64,000 bases of DNA, taken from assembly GCA_002269645.1 (NCBI GenBank), contig NIVC01003412.1, positions 35,280-99,279 on the forward strand, written 5' to 3'. A program made the position numbers and the translations under genes. Of this stretch, positions 1 to 11,449 are shown piece by piece (position 1 is the first letter of the stretch; every line of letters starts with the position of its first letter). Origin of the DNA: Macrostomum lignano. Taxonomy: Eukaryota. The notes beneath the pieces were generated by a model, which did not search any database, was not told the DNA's origin, and was given only the letters and a program-made list of their open reading frames with translations.

Positions 1-611
1 ATTGCTGCCGATCTCTGTTGCAGCCACCTTCCAGATGGAGCTCTTGCCCAGCAGCCAGCACAGTCCAGTCAATGTCCGAGTCTGCAGCTGTCCTGCCGTT
101 CACTTGCACCAGACTGTTGGCCCAGCCCTCTGCGTAGTTGCCTGTCATCCGCCTGCCATCCTGTGTGACGACTCGAGCGACTTCTTCAAGCCAGTCAGCC
201 AGTCTCTGCTGACACTTTGCTCTCTGCTCGGTGAATCCTGCCTTGGTGAGCAGTCGATGCAGCTCCTCGCTCAGGCGCCTGTCTAGCTTGGAGCCGTCTG
301 AGAGCCTGGAATGATCCAAGATGCGTGTGGGTGACTTGCTCAGAGTTGGATGAACAAAACAAGCAGGAGACCTGAGAGTGCAGCTGCTGCAGCACTCAGT
401 CCAACCCAATCTCAACCCTCCTGAGTTTCGCTGCAATTTCTGTCGCGAGCTGCCAGCCTGTTTGGAAAGCGCAATGTGGCAGTGAAATCCAAACCGGTCA
501 GACTCACTGATAGAGGCCGAATTGAAGCGTTGAGTGGCTGCCCGCCAGGCATCTGGGCTTCTGCAATGCGTGAATGAAAGGTTCACTTTCTGGATCGGGG
601 GTTTGAGAATT
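1..611 (-). CDS. Mab-21/cGAS-like nucleotidyltransferase (cGLR) exon, continues beyond window start
   Basis: Stop-free minus frame from acceptor ccacag| (612-614) to base 1, not in the ORF track: ILKPPIQKVNL...LDRRLSEELHRLLTKAGFTEQRAKCQQRLADWLEEVARVVTQDGRRMTGNYAEGWANSLVQVNGRTAADSDIDWTVLAAGQELHLEGGC. G-[S/N]-x-x-E-G followed by S-D-h-D (G at 140-142, DID at 68-76) matches the pol-beta/Mab-21 NTase active-site pattern, preceded by a long helical segment. Confidence 0.75.
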
Positions 612-915
612 CTGTGGTGGAAGTTTTAGAAAAGAAGTGCTTGTTTCTTGCATAATATAAAATACTTAAATATAAAATACTGCTTCATTTTATATTTCTC
701 TAAATTCTGAATTCATCCCTTTTTATATTAAGATAAGATTTCGACCGTAACTAGGAGAGAAAGAATCGAAGAACCACTCCCACTTATTATTCTCCCACTT
801 TTACCAGTTAGCTATAAAACAAAAAGATAACAGTTTCATTTAGAAATTAGTGGTCGAGCCATAGTGTGCTAAACTTGATGCATGTATTCCAAAATTGGCG
901 AAACTCCTCACTTAC

Positions 916-1808
916 TCCGTTCCAATAGGATCCAGCAGTCGCAGCACCTGCCACTGCTCAAATCGCTGTGCCACCTGCGCACACGTCAGATCCCGGCAGT
1001 CTCGATGACTCGAATCCGCTTCTTTGTCCATCAGAGCCTTGGCTGCTCGCAGGTGACCGGCTTCGCACGCTCGCGACAGAACAGTTCGACTCCGACTGTC
1101 TTCAGCATGCACTGAGGCATTGAAATCGATCAGTTTCTCAATGAGCTCGTGATAACCTGCATCAGCTGCCAGCATGAGAGCAGTGGCACCAGTGCTGTCT
1201 GGCAAATCTACATGCTTTGAGCTGACTCGCTCATCATTGATCAGTGTGACAGCAAGAGCAACATGTCTTTGAGAGATGGAGAGACGAAACAGCTGTGTGA
1301 TGCGAGCTGGCTGCATTCGAGAGAGAGTGTCGCTGAGAACAGAGTTCATGCCTTCGATGGCCGTTGCTGCAGTGAAGCTAAAAATGCTATTGGACTGGAA
1401 GAGCCAGTCAGGCTCGAGGCCGAGGGAAGCAACATCTTCGTGAAGACGAGAGCAAGCCGCGACTGCACAGTGGAAACGGAGATTCGCACTTTGATCTGGA
1501 CTTGAGAGACAAGAGAGGAGGAACTTGACGACTTCTAAGTGACCATTTCTTGCAGCATATTCCGCAGCCTCAATGCAGCACTGGTCTCTGTTTGTTTCGC
1601 CAGAGACTGTCGACACAAGAAACTTGACGACTTCTAATTTACCGTATTTTGCAGCCGATTTGGCAGCGTTGATGCAGCAGTTATCTCTTTTTGTTTGTTC
1701 AGCGATTATGTGCACGAGAAACTTGACGACTTCCAACTGCAGTCCATTGGCTTGCAGCATATTTGGCAGCGTTGATACAGCAGTGATCTCTGTTTGTTTG
1801 TTCAGCAA
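916..1808 (-). CDS. Ankyrin-repeat exon, spliced to the NTase exon
   Basis: ORF 912-1808 has ankyrin motifs (AARNGHLEVVKFLL; GATALMLAADAGYHELIEKLIDFNASVHAEDSRSRTVLSRACEAGHLRAAKALMDKEAD). Donor GA|GTAAGT at 915 and acceptor CAG|A at 612 join in phase 2 (GA+A = Glu) and keep frame. Confidence 0.85.
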
Positions 1809-2165
1809 CTTTCGGCACGAGAAATTTTACGACTTCTAATTTACCGTATTTTGCAGCCGATTTGGCAGCGTTGATACAGCAGTGATCTCTTTTTGTTTGT
1901 CCAGCGATTATGTGCACGAGAAACTTGACGACTTCCAACTGCAGTCCATTGGCTTGCAGCCGATTTGGCAGCGTTGATGCAGCAGTGATCTCTTTTTGTT
2001 TGTCCAGCGATTATGTGCACGAGAAACTTGACGACATCCAACTGCAGTCCATTGGCTTGCAGCATATTTGGCAGCGTTGATGCAGCAGTGATCTCTTTTT
2101 GTTTGTTCAGCGACTGTGTGCACGAGAAACTTGACGACTTCTAACTGACCATGTTTTGCAGCAAG
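1520..2165 (-). repeat. Tandem 99/103-bp ankyrin-like units (33 aa), three carrying the same +4-nt frameshift
   Basis: Unit EVVKFLVHIIAEQTKRDHCCINAAKSAAKYGKL repeated about 6 times. The variant gctgcaagccaatggactgcagttggaa (28 nt versus 24 nt) occurs near 1740, 1945 and 2045 and explains the overlapping ORFs 1699-1938, 1841-2065 and 1908-2123. Confidence 0.85.
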
Positions 2166-2392
2166 ATTTGAAGTGTTTTTGCAAATTAGATATGTTTTCT
2201 CCCTGCTGAAGATTTAGATAATGTCTAACATTTTCCTTGGTTTGCTGTGGAACTAGAAGATAAATATTTTTCCGGTCTATGTGTGTAGTGTTTGAATTTT
2301 GCAAGTGCAGAGAGAGGGAACAAAGGGCGTCGCTTTGCAGCTGTAATTTTTAAACGAATTTTGAAGAATGTTATGAATCCTTCTTATGATAA

Positions 2393-2512
2393 TTGGCTGC
2401 TGTCAGAGTGGCAGATGTCAGTCGCGGCTGCTGTCAGAGTGGCAGATGTCAGTCGCGGCTGCTGTCAGAGTGGCAGGTGTCAGTCGCGGCTGCTGTCAGA
2501 GTGGCAGGTGTT
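2393..2512. repeat. 31-bp minisatellite, about 4 copies
   Basis: ggctgctgtcagagtggcagatgtcagtcgc in tandem. Confidence 0.9.
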
Positions 2513-2999
2513 TCAAAGGCTTGTACAGCCGGTTGCCAGAAAGATTTTACCGCCTTATGTCTCAGCTGCTCATCTTTTTGCAGTCTCTGGCGAGCGCTGA
2601 CCACAACAGCCTTATCAATAGTAACTTATCTTCATTGCATGAGAGCTGAATTTGCCCTCTGAGCTCTCCAACCCCCAGCATGGCAACAGAGGCTGCGGCT
2701 GCAACGGCCACCCCAGCTGTACTTGATGAGGCTGAGAGCACTCATTGTGCCTCAGTGCAGGCTGAGATCTGTAAACGTATTTAATAGCTTACTGAGCGGT
2801 GTAAAATGCTGCTCAGACTCTCACCTGTACTCAGCGTGTTTTGGTCTATTTAAAGCAAAGCAATGAATTGCTTGAAATTGCATCAGTTGGGTGAGTTATT
2901 GATTGTGATTGATTGTGAACGATACATCATATCTAAATCAATCCAGAAAGTCAATTGACTTACGGCACTCTTGAGTTTCAGTTTCTGTCGAAGCCGCCA

Positions 3000-4414
3000 A
3001 ATCAGTCAATACACCTCATTTTTAGCATCCTGTTTGCTAGAACCGCTTCCAACGGATTCATTTCTTGCATTCTGTTTTTCAGAACCGATTCCAACGGATT
3101 CATTTCTTGCATTCTGTTTTCCAGAACCGATTCCAACGGATTCATTTCTTGCATTCTGTTTTCCAGAACCGATTCCAACGGATTCATTTCTTGCATTCTG
3201 TTTTCCAGAACCGATTCCAACGGATTCATTTCTTGCATTCTGTTTTCCAGAACCGATTCCAACGGATTCATTTCTTGCATTCTGTTTTCCAGAACCGATT
3301 CCAACGGATTCATTTCTTGCATTCTGTTTTCCAGAACCGATTCCAACGGATTCATTTCTTGCATTCTGATTTCCAGAACCGCTTCCAACGGATTCATTTC
3401 TTGCATTATGTTTGCTAGAACCGCCTCTTGTAAATTGTAACATCTACACACGGATTGGATGGCCCATCGACCTTTTAAGCGAAGGATTCTGATTTTTCAA
3501 TCAGATGACTATAATAATGACTATGGTGACTCGACTATAATTAATATCAGTGGCGTTGACACAGTAGCAGGTGATGCTGTGTCAGATGGTTTAGTAATCG
3601 TTGAAATGAAGTTAGCAGCCCTTAGCAACAGTTCTGAAATTGCTGAAATGACAGCCCGAGTATTGCAGCTTGTGAGCTCACGCGCAGTGCTTCTGCTCTC
3701 TGGAAAACTTATGAGAACGAACATTGAACTGCTACAGTTACTGAACTCGACAGACGCTTTGTCTGATGCATCAACTTTCAGGGTTGAGCACGGACCTGAC
3801 ACTGCAGCTGAACCACTGAAAGACAAGATGATGCTTAAAGTTTTAGGATGCATTTTAATATAAATAAAAACTAAGACAGCAGCCATGTTCAATGCTGACT
3901 CACACGAACCCTTTAGCTGTGGCAACCGGCTTCAATTCACACGCACCAAAACCGTTTCTTTTAGGAGAGAGCACTGAGGCATTGGCTGCACTGTAGAACA
4001 TGCCGAGCCGCACTGGGCTGCTCAAGTTCTCAAGTTCAGAGGCCGTCTGCACGGGTTCAACGAGAGTCTGGCTGTGTCTGAAAGCGTTTTGTTGCTCACT
4101 TTTATAATAAAATAGACAGGGAGATGGAGATTAAAAACACATTCTGCTGAGACACCGCTCACTTGCACTAATGAGACTGCAAATATGACATGTTGGAGAA
4201 GCTGTCACAGCTGTCACAGACGCTGTCACATTCACAGCGTAGCAGTTTCAGTTGAAGCTGAGCAATGTCTCAGTGAGCAATGTCTCAGTGAGCAATGTCT
4301 CAGTGAGCAATGTCTCAATGGCAGAGTCCAGGGAGAATGAGCAGGAGTCTCAGCTTGACTTGAGCGGCACGTTGATACCTTGAGTCCCAGCTTGCCTCCA
4401 CCGTGAGCGGGAAC
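3000..4414 (-). pseudogene. Receptor paralogue A (exons 3-5 only, disrupted)
   Basis: CTL-like exon 4163-4414 has a 15-bp unit (gagcaatgtctcagt) x4 that creates stops. Exon 3904-4077 has an 8-nt duplication (gaacttga x2) with frameshift. The last exon (GSAAVSGPCSTLKVDASDK...) is near-identical to paralogue E but the TM region is broken by stops. No exon 1-2 upstream. Confidence 0.75.
3035..3425. repeat. 42-bp tandem repeat, about 9 copies, in tail region of paralogue A
   Basis: agaaccgattccaacggattcatttcttgcattctgttttcc in tandem; gives 14-aa periodic ORFs in several frames. Confidence 0.95.
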
Positions 4415-4795
4415 CTAAAATAGCAATGTAATTTTATTTTCTCAATTTTCGGAACACAATTACTTTGGTCGAGTGGAGACCGTAGCACAACTTCCAGGTG
4501 CTCGGTGACCTGAGCGCCGTTATGCCCGAGAGATACGACCGACAATGAACTAGAAAGATGCATCTAGATATAGCTCACTCAATAGAGTCATCCTATCTTT
4601 CTGTTAAATAAAGCTTTCAATAAACTGTTTAAATTTTGTGTTATTTTAATCTTCAAAAAAAATCTGGGATACATTATTACCAAAACTATTATTGAATTCA
4701 TGAACAAAATTTCAAGAAACTAAAACACATTCACACAAACATTCAAGTTCTCACTTACATTGAATTTGCGTGGTATGCAAACAACAATCCAGCAG

Positions 4796-7700
4796 TTACT
4801 GGAATCGAAGACGTAACGACATTACTTCTAATGCATATCTTGCTTTGCTGAGGTGGAAACTTTTACAGCTTTCGGTGGCTAACTTAATTATATAATTTTT
4901 CAACACGAATAATGCAATGCAAAATTTTTGTGGATGAGTGTAGCTCCAGCGCTGAGTCAAAACTGTAAAACTAGCCATCCAGTGGCGCAGCAGGTTGCCA
5001 ATCAATGCGCCGAATGACGCATCTGGTAGTGCATCGAGTGATGCATCGGGCGGGGCATCAGGTAGTTCATCGGGAGGCTCATCGATTTGTACATCATTTG
5101 GAGCATCCGATTGCGCATTGATTGGTGAATTCGGTGGCATAACATCCAGTGGAACACCTGGTGGTGGTGCATCAAGTGGCTCATTGAGCTGTGCATCATG
5201 TGGCGCATCCAGTGGTGCATCGAGTGGCTCATCTGGTGGCTCATCTGGTGGCTCGTCGGGTGGCTCGTCGCGAAGGGCATCAAGTGGCGCATCCGGTGGC
5301 TCATCGGATGGCTCGTCGGGTGGCTCATCGGCTGGCTCGTCGGGTGGCTCATCGGCTGGCTCGTCGGGTGGCTCATCGGCTGGCTCGTCGGGTGGCTCGT
5401 CGGATGGCTCATCAGGTGGCTCATCGGCTGGTTCATCAGGTGGCTCATCGGCTGGTTCATCAGGTGGCTCATCGGCTGGCTCATCAGGTGGCTCATCGGC
5501 TGGTTCATCAGGTGGCTCATCGGCTGGCTCATCAGGTGGCTCATCGGCTGGTTCATCAGGTGGCTCATCGGGTAGAGCATCAAGTGGCGCATCCAGTGGT
5601 GCAACTGGTGGTTCATCGGGTGGATCATCGCGTAGAGCATCAAGTGGATCATCCAGTGGTGCATCGGCTGGTTCATCAGGTGGCTCATCGGGTGGCTCAT
5701 CAGGTGGTTCATCGGCTGGCTCATCAGGTGGATCATCGCGTAGAGCATCAAGTGGCTCATCCAGTGGTGCATCGGCAGGTTCACCAGGTGGCTCATCGGC
5801 TGGTTCATCGCGTAGAGCATCAAGTGGCGCATTCAATGGCGCATCAATTGGCCAACTATAAATGGCGTTTTGGGCCATACTGCGCTGATCGTATGGGCAG
5901 CTCTCGTTTAAAAGGTAGCAGTTTTCTGAAGTACTCGTTGAAGCCTTGCTTGCATTACCTACTGAAGCGCCACCTGAAATCCCAGTTTCATGCTTAATCA
6001 AAGGTTGGAAAACATTTTTCAGTGGTTCAATATCAGCATTTCCTTTCTCAACAAACTGCTCAGAACTATTTAATGAGGTGTAACGTCTTTTGCAGACGAT
6101 AATTATCACAATGGTTATAATTACAAGGACCACCAGAATCGGACAGGAAACTCCAACAATTACAGCCAAGTTACTTGCTGGAGCTTCAGTTGAGGTATGG
6201 TCTGGTGCTGATTGCACTGTTTCTGATAATAACATTCTGCCACTTGATTCAATAGAATTTATCGGCTCTTTAGCGGTCCATTTCTGTCGCGGCGTTTTCA
6301 GAACTTTCCAAATGACCGTCTTAGCGAAACAGCTGGCTGGATAGGGTCCCATAGTGCCTCCTCTCTCAGGAAACTTTACAAGAAATGGAATCTGGCTGCT
6401 ACAGCTTTTCGATTTGATTTCCGCTCTGTCCGAAGCATCCACATTCATAGTCACGCACGGACCTGTCGCGCCGTTTGACTCTCTGTAGTTATTTAAAGGT
6501 GGTTCCAGGTTAACTCGCAGCTTATTTTTCATAGCCTCTTCTGTTTTACAGAAGATGAAACGGAATTACTCACACAAAACCCTCAGATCTGAGAACAGGC
6601 TTCAATCCACATTCACCGCTATCCTGTCTGATTAGAGAGGTCACTGAGGCATCGGCTGCACTGTAGAACATGCCGAGACGCACTGGCTGGCTCAGGCTCA
6701 GGGGCCGTCTGTACGGGTGCAACGACAGTCTGGCTGTGTCTGAAACCGTTTTGACGCTCATTTTTATAATAAAGTAGCCATGGAAATTGAAAACAAATTA
6801 TCAGAGTCGTTACTCACTTGCAGCAATCAGACTGCGGATTTCAGTCATGCTGGAGAAGCTGGCCAGCTCAGCATCGCCTCTGATGCTGGACATTGCGACT
6901 GTTAAATTGGCTTTGACTTTGCTCACAGCGTAGCAGTTTCCGTTAAAGCTGAGCATGTCTCTGTGGCAGAGTCCAGGGAGAATCAGCAGGAGTCTCAGCT
7001 TTACCTGGGGGGCACGTTGGTACCTCGGATCCCAGCTTGCCTCCACCGTGAGCGGGAACCTAAAATAGTAATGTGATTTTTGTTTACCAATTGTCGGAAC
7101 ACAATTATTTTGGTCGAGTGGAGACCGTAGCGCAAAGTCATAGTGCTTGTTGACCTGAACGCCTTTATGCCCGAGAGATTTGACCGACATTGAACTAGAA
7201 AGCTCCTAGAATTATTGATTAACTTTAACCATTGTATATTTTTATACTCGTAGTCAAGGTAAAACATCTTAGATCTACCAATATATTTTAACGTCTTGTT
7301 ATTTGTACCTGAGGACATCTAGATTATACTCGTACGAAACGACCAACTAACTACCGTAACTGTATTTCCCGCAACTAGCGCTTCTAAATAGGTTAAGCAA
7401 AACAAAGCTGACCGCGAGGTCGAACTTAGTGAGTAGTACGCCGGTTTCAGTGTTAGTTTTTAAATTTGTAATTAATTTAATTGTTATGCTGTATTTTCTC
7501 ACAGTATTGTCAATAGCGAGTCTGAGAAAGAATAATGTTCATAGCAGACTGAATTGCCATGGAACTTTCATGGAACAACCGTGGAATTACCACGGATTTT
7601 CGACGGAATTACCGTTTGATGTTTTCAGAGTGTTGCTACTTTTCAATTTCTATAGCTATTTGATCCTGTTATTATTTCAATCGCACCCCGTGTGAGCTAT

Positions 7701-8875
7701 ATCCATGCTCGTGCTCTATGTCAGTGAAATGGGCATGACTGTTTGCCTTCTTGAGTTGATCTCCATTACATTTTTTCTCAGTCTGAAAATTTTCAAGCAC
7801 CAAAGGATCTCTCTATCTCATTGACGAACATGGATTTTTGCGGTTGGACGCGAAACATCCCAGCAGTCACGGGAATTTCTCCTCCGCTGTAGCTGATGAC
7901 CAACTTTGCTGATCCAGTTTGATTCTCTCCCGATTGTAAGCGTAAGTCGGTGTTGTCGGCAGAACCAATGAGCAACCCCTGTAAGACAAGCTGCATGTCT
8001 TCTTGAGCAGCAGAATTCTTAATTATCCACCTGCATCTCCTGTAGCTCGTATCCAACTCGTCGGTCAGCACTCTCGGAATGATGCTCTCGTCTCGGTGGA
8101 AAAAATCGTCAACTGTTATCAATAATGTGAGCCCATTCACGCAGTAGTGGTTGGCGCCTTGGCAACTGGAAATGCGGCGAAAACGAAGACACTGACTGTA
8201 ATAAACAGTGACACAAACTGGTGAACCGGTCAAAAATATTGACCAAATCATCGCTTTTCAAGGGCGGGTGCTAGAAATTAAGAAAATGGGTTTACTCGAG
8301 AAAGCTTGACTGCAACTGTTCGTACACTGCTGTCTGAGCGTTTGTGTAAAAAATAGCTGCTCCCATAGTCTTATAGTTATCAATGCTGGCAAGGGGGGCC
8401 GTAGCCCAGCGGTAGCGCAGCTGCTCTGGTGTGCCGCGACCCAGGCTCGATTCCAAGTGCAGCCACATTAATTTGGGGCTGGATTGGAATTTCGGCTTGG
8501 CTCGCCTGTGCAATTAACGGCCTTGAGAGCCAACCCCCCAAGAGGCAGTGAAATGTACATGCCTAAGAATTAATAAAGTTAGGGCCGCTGTACACTCCTG
8601 TGTGAGTGTGTGCCTGCGTAACGTATCCGCGCGCTTGTATGCCTGCTCAGGGGAGTCGGCGAAATGGGCAGTAATGCCTCTCGCCGGTTGTGTGCCTATG
8701 TCGCCTAAAGTGCGCCAGGGTGCACACAATCCCCCTGCCTCTAATAAAAAATAAAAAAAATCAATGCTGGCACATCTAAAGTCAAGATTTAACGGATTAA
8801 AAGGCAAACTTACACTGATACAGTCCGACAGAAAATCGTCACAGTTGCCAATGTCAGCAGGCTGACAGCACGCAT
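4796..8875 (-). CDS. Receptor paralogue B: SP - CUB-like - CTLD-like - spacer - TM - Pro/Asp/Glu-repeat tail
   Basis: Exons 8814-8875 (MRAVSLLTLATVTIFCRTVS, signal-peptide-like), 7830-8165 (336 nt; CQGANHYC...CRWII), 6818-7059 (242 nt; LCHRDMLSFNGNCY...AELASFSSMTEI), 6574-6739 (166 nt; QPVRLGMFY...GECG), 4796-6482 (GPC...TM LAVIVGVSCPILVVLVIITIVIIIVC-KRR). All joins are GT-AG with phases 2,2,1,2; the exon-2 donor GTTCGT is weak. Confidence 0.75.
5170..5830 (-). repeat. 12-bp coding minisatellite (PPDE/PADE/PLDA) in paralogue B tail
   Basis: About 55 units of a ccacctgatgag-type 12-mer, in frame in ORF 4796-6532. Confidence 0.9.
8392..8759 (+). mobile_element. tRNA-derived SINE with 13-bp TSD, in intron 1 of paralogue B
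   Basis: Head ggggccgtagcccagcggtag (A box) ... ggctcgattcc (B box), A-rich tail, TSD atcaatgctggca at 8379-8391 and 8760-8772. Confidence 0.85.
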
Positions 8876-9384
8876 ATCTTTTGATAATCAGATTGTACTT
8901 TGTCTAAAAACTAGAAAAAACAAAAAGCCTTCAAGCTTCTTTCAGCTCAAAATGTCTTCTTTTATTTTGAATACGAGCGCACTGAATACAAGTGTACGCG
9001 TGATAAATTCTCTTCTCACCTCAGGCAGAGTGAGCGAGTTTACATTTATGCCAACACGTAAAGACACGCGCACAGAAGTGAGAGCAAGTGCAGTGCAAGT
9101 ACATCTGTACAGTAGACTTTTGCCTACGTGCCTGATAATAACAAACGAAGTTCCCCTATTGTTGGTTTGGTTTAGAATTTCTCTAAGAAACTGCGAGGAC
9201 AGAAGCCGCCACCAGTGATTGTGAGAGATAAAAGGGCTATTAGCTAAACGTTCGCTGTTTGTGGTTTTTTATAATCCTGAATTCTATTTAATTCGTTACA
9301 GATCTCTTTTAACTTTTTATCTTTTCAAAGATAAAACGTTTGCTGAGTTCTTCTCAGAAGTCTTCTTATGAGGACATAGTAATA

Positions 9385-9688
9385 ACCATAATTGATTAAA
9401 CCTACCCTAATGGGTAGATTTGCAACCGACAGCTCAGCCGCAGCTATTGCGCGGCGCATCTGAAGGCTTGCGTAGGGCGGCTGTTCACAGTTCAAGGACT
9501 GGGGGGTCGCCACACACACTCAATCACCCCAGCTAATACTGGCACCCATTTTACAGCTGGGTGAACTGAAGCAATGCAGAGTTAAGTGTTCTGCTCAAGG
9601 ACACAAATTATTCCAGTGAGATCGGGAATCAAAGCCCTGACCTTCGAGTCGTGAGTCCGACGCTCTAACGACTAGGCTACAACCCTCT
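9385..9688 (-). mobile_element. tRNA-derived CORE-type SINE
   Basis: Minus-strand head gggttgtagcctagtcgttagagcg...gctttgattccc, followed by tgtgtccttgagcagaacacttaactctgcattgcttcagttcacccagctgtaaaatggg, which resembles the MIR/CORE consensus (ccttgggcaagtcacttaacctc...ctgtaaaatggg). Confidence 0.75.
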
Positions 9689-10109
9689 TCTGGAATATGA
9701 GCGCATGCACAGTCCTCAAAATGATAACAAAGAGCAATAGATTATATCGCGCCAACAAGGTTAAATGAGATTATTAAAAAAATTGATTTCGTCGAAAAAT
9801 TACGATTTGTTCGTAAATTGATCAGTTAAATTTGTAGCTTATAACCGAGGACTCATCAGTGACCTGTTCTTGAAATGATGGAGAATCCTCTTTGACGAGA
9901 ACTTCGATGTTGAGTACGCTTTTATAGAATTACGAGTATTAGACCTTTTAAATTCGGAAAGAGACAAAAATATGAAATAAAAACGATGCCGGAACACAAT
10001 ATAAAGATAGACGGCTTTCGGTGCCAAGAATTAGTGAGATTCTTAAACAAATCCGAACTGTGAAATACTATCAAAACGCCCATTTTAAAACTGTGCAGAT
10101 CAGGCAGTT

Positions 10110-10560
10110 TACCAGTTTGTGCATCGCAGTGCCCCAGCAGTCAGTCTTCATTGCCATGCCAAAAAAACAAGGAAAAAATGAATTTGCATTACTCCGAAAA
10201 GCAAGTCTCATGAGCCACATTACCAAAGTGCTGATGAGGCCACAGTACATTCCGCTCATTACGGAAACGGAAGAGAAGCTGCAAAAATTCTGAACATGGG
10301 TTTAAAGATAAACTGCAAGAAGACAGAATGCATAGTTGTTACCGAACAGAAGGAAGCCCCAGTGGGCATCATCATCATAAAAGGTGAACCTGTGAAGCAA
10401 TTTTGTAAATTCAACTATTAAGGAAGTTTGATTACTTCGGATGGAACATGTGAGCAGGAAATCAAACGGAGAATCAGCATGGCAAAGGATGCCTTCCAAT
10501 TAACAGATGAACAGAATCCTGCCAAATGGGAAAGGCAATATGAAAGCGAAGTTAAGAATT
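10110..10560 (+). mobile_element. Degenerate, internally deleted RTE-clade LINE RT fragment
   Basis: SVFIAMPKKQGKNE...SLMSHITKVLMR, LITETEEKLQ, GLKINCKKTECIV...FNY*GSLITSDGTCEQEIKRRISMAKDAF; stops and frameshifts. Confidence 0.75.
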
Positions 10561-10575
10561 CTTGACTGTTGTTAT

Positions 10576-11075
10576 TGTTACGGACCTTTTGGCTCTGGGG
10601 GAGTAAATTTAATCGATGCTACTAAAGTCGTATTGGGCCTAAGGGATAAGTCTTACTCGGGAATTGGGAATTTCTTGGAATTGGGAAATATTCAAATTAT
10701 ACTACTTTAAGGAGTATGCTTCAAAGATACCCCTGGCGGCGTGAGTGTCCGAGCGGCAAGACACTGTCTAATCAGTCCGGGGGAGGGGGAAGGGCTACGC
10801 GATGGATCAAAGTTGTCTGGGAAACAGAGCGCACTAATGGGGAATTCAATAACTAACAAAGAATACTGGCATAGAGGATAGGATGTTTAATAAGGTAAGG
10901 AGGCAGGACGTCTAATAAAGGGAATGGGATAAGTAGGCAGGAAGCCTGGTAGGGTAAGGAGGCAGGTCGCCTAATGAGCAGAGAAGGGTGTAGGGATAGT
11001 CCAAGGCCTGGGCAGACAGTGAGTCTGGATGGAGGAGTTGGCAGAACGCCAGGTTAGACCACAGATACTAAATAC
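10576..11075 (+). repeat. LTR-like purine-rich interspersed fragment, related to 52923-53400
   Basis: Starts TGTTACGG (the other copy starts TGTGACGG); shared agtgtc(c/g)gagcggcaagacact near 10735 and 53112. No 3' end or TSD found. Confidence 0.35.
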
Positions 11076-11449
11076 CCTAGATGGTTCACTCGACTATATT
11101 TAGCAAAACTACTCTCTGTTCGGTAGTATGATCGTAAAAAGCAACATTTATTTATTCAACTAGCTGTGACGGCTTAGGCTAAAGCAAAAATAATTGACTT
11201 TGTCTACACAATCGTAAGTCAAACTTTTAATGCTACTGGTATACTAGTAATTATTTTTTTATTCATTTAACAAACATTCAAGCAACATTTTTGTGCATTG
11301 CAAATGAGAGAAAAGAACAAAACGGGGAAATATATATAATACAGTGAAATTATAATTACCGTAGAATAAAAAAGATATAAATTTCTTGAGTTATACTCAA
11401 AGTTAGTTTATCTTGCGATTTTTGCCCATAGTTTTCTTTTTCTGGGCCA

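Noticed and set aside
4995-5997. Plus-strand Ser/Gly-rich, His/Val-rich and Trp-rich ORFs
   Set aside because: Antisense or alternate frames of the 12-bp repeat; the minus frame links to the TM and ectodomain exons.
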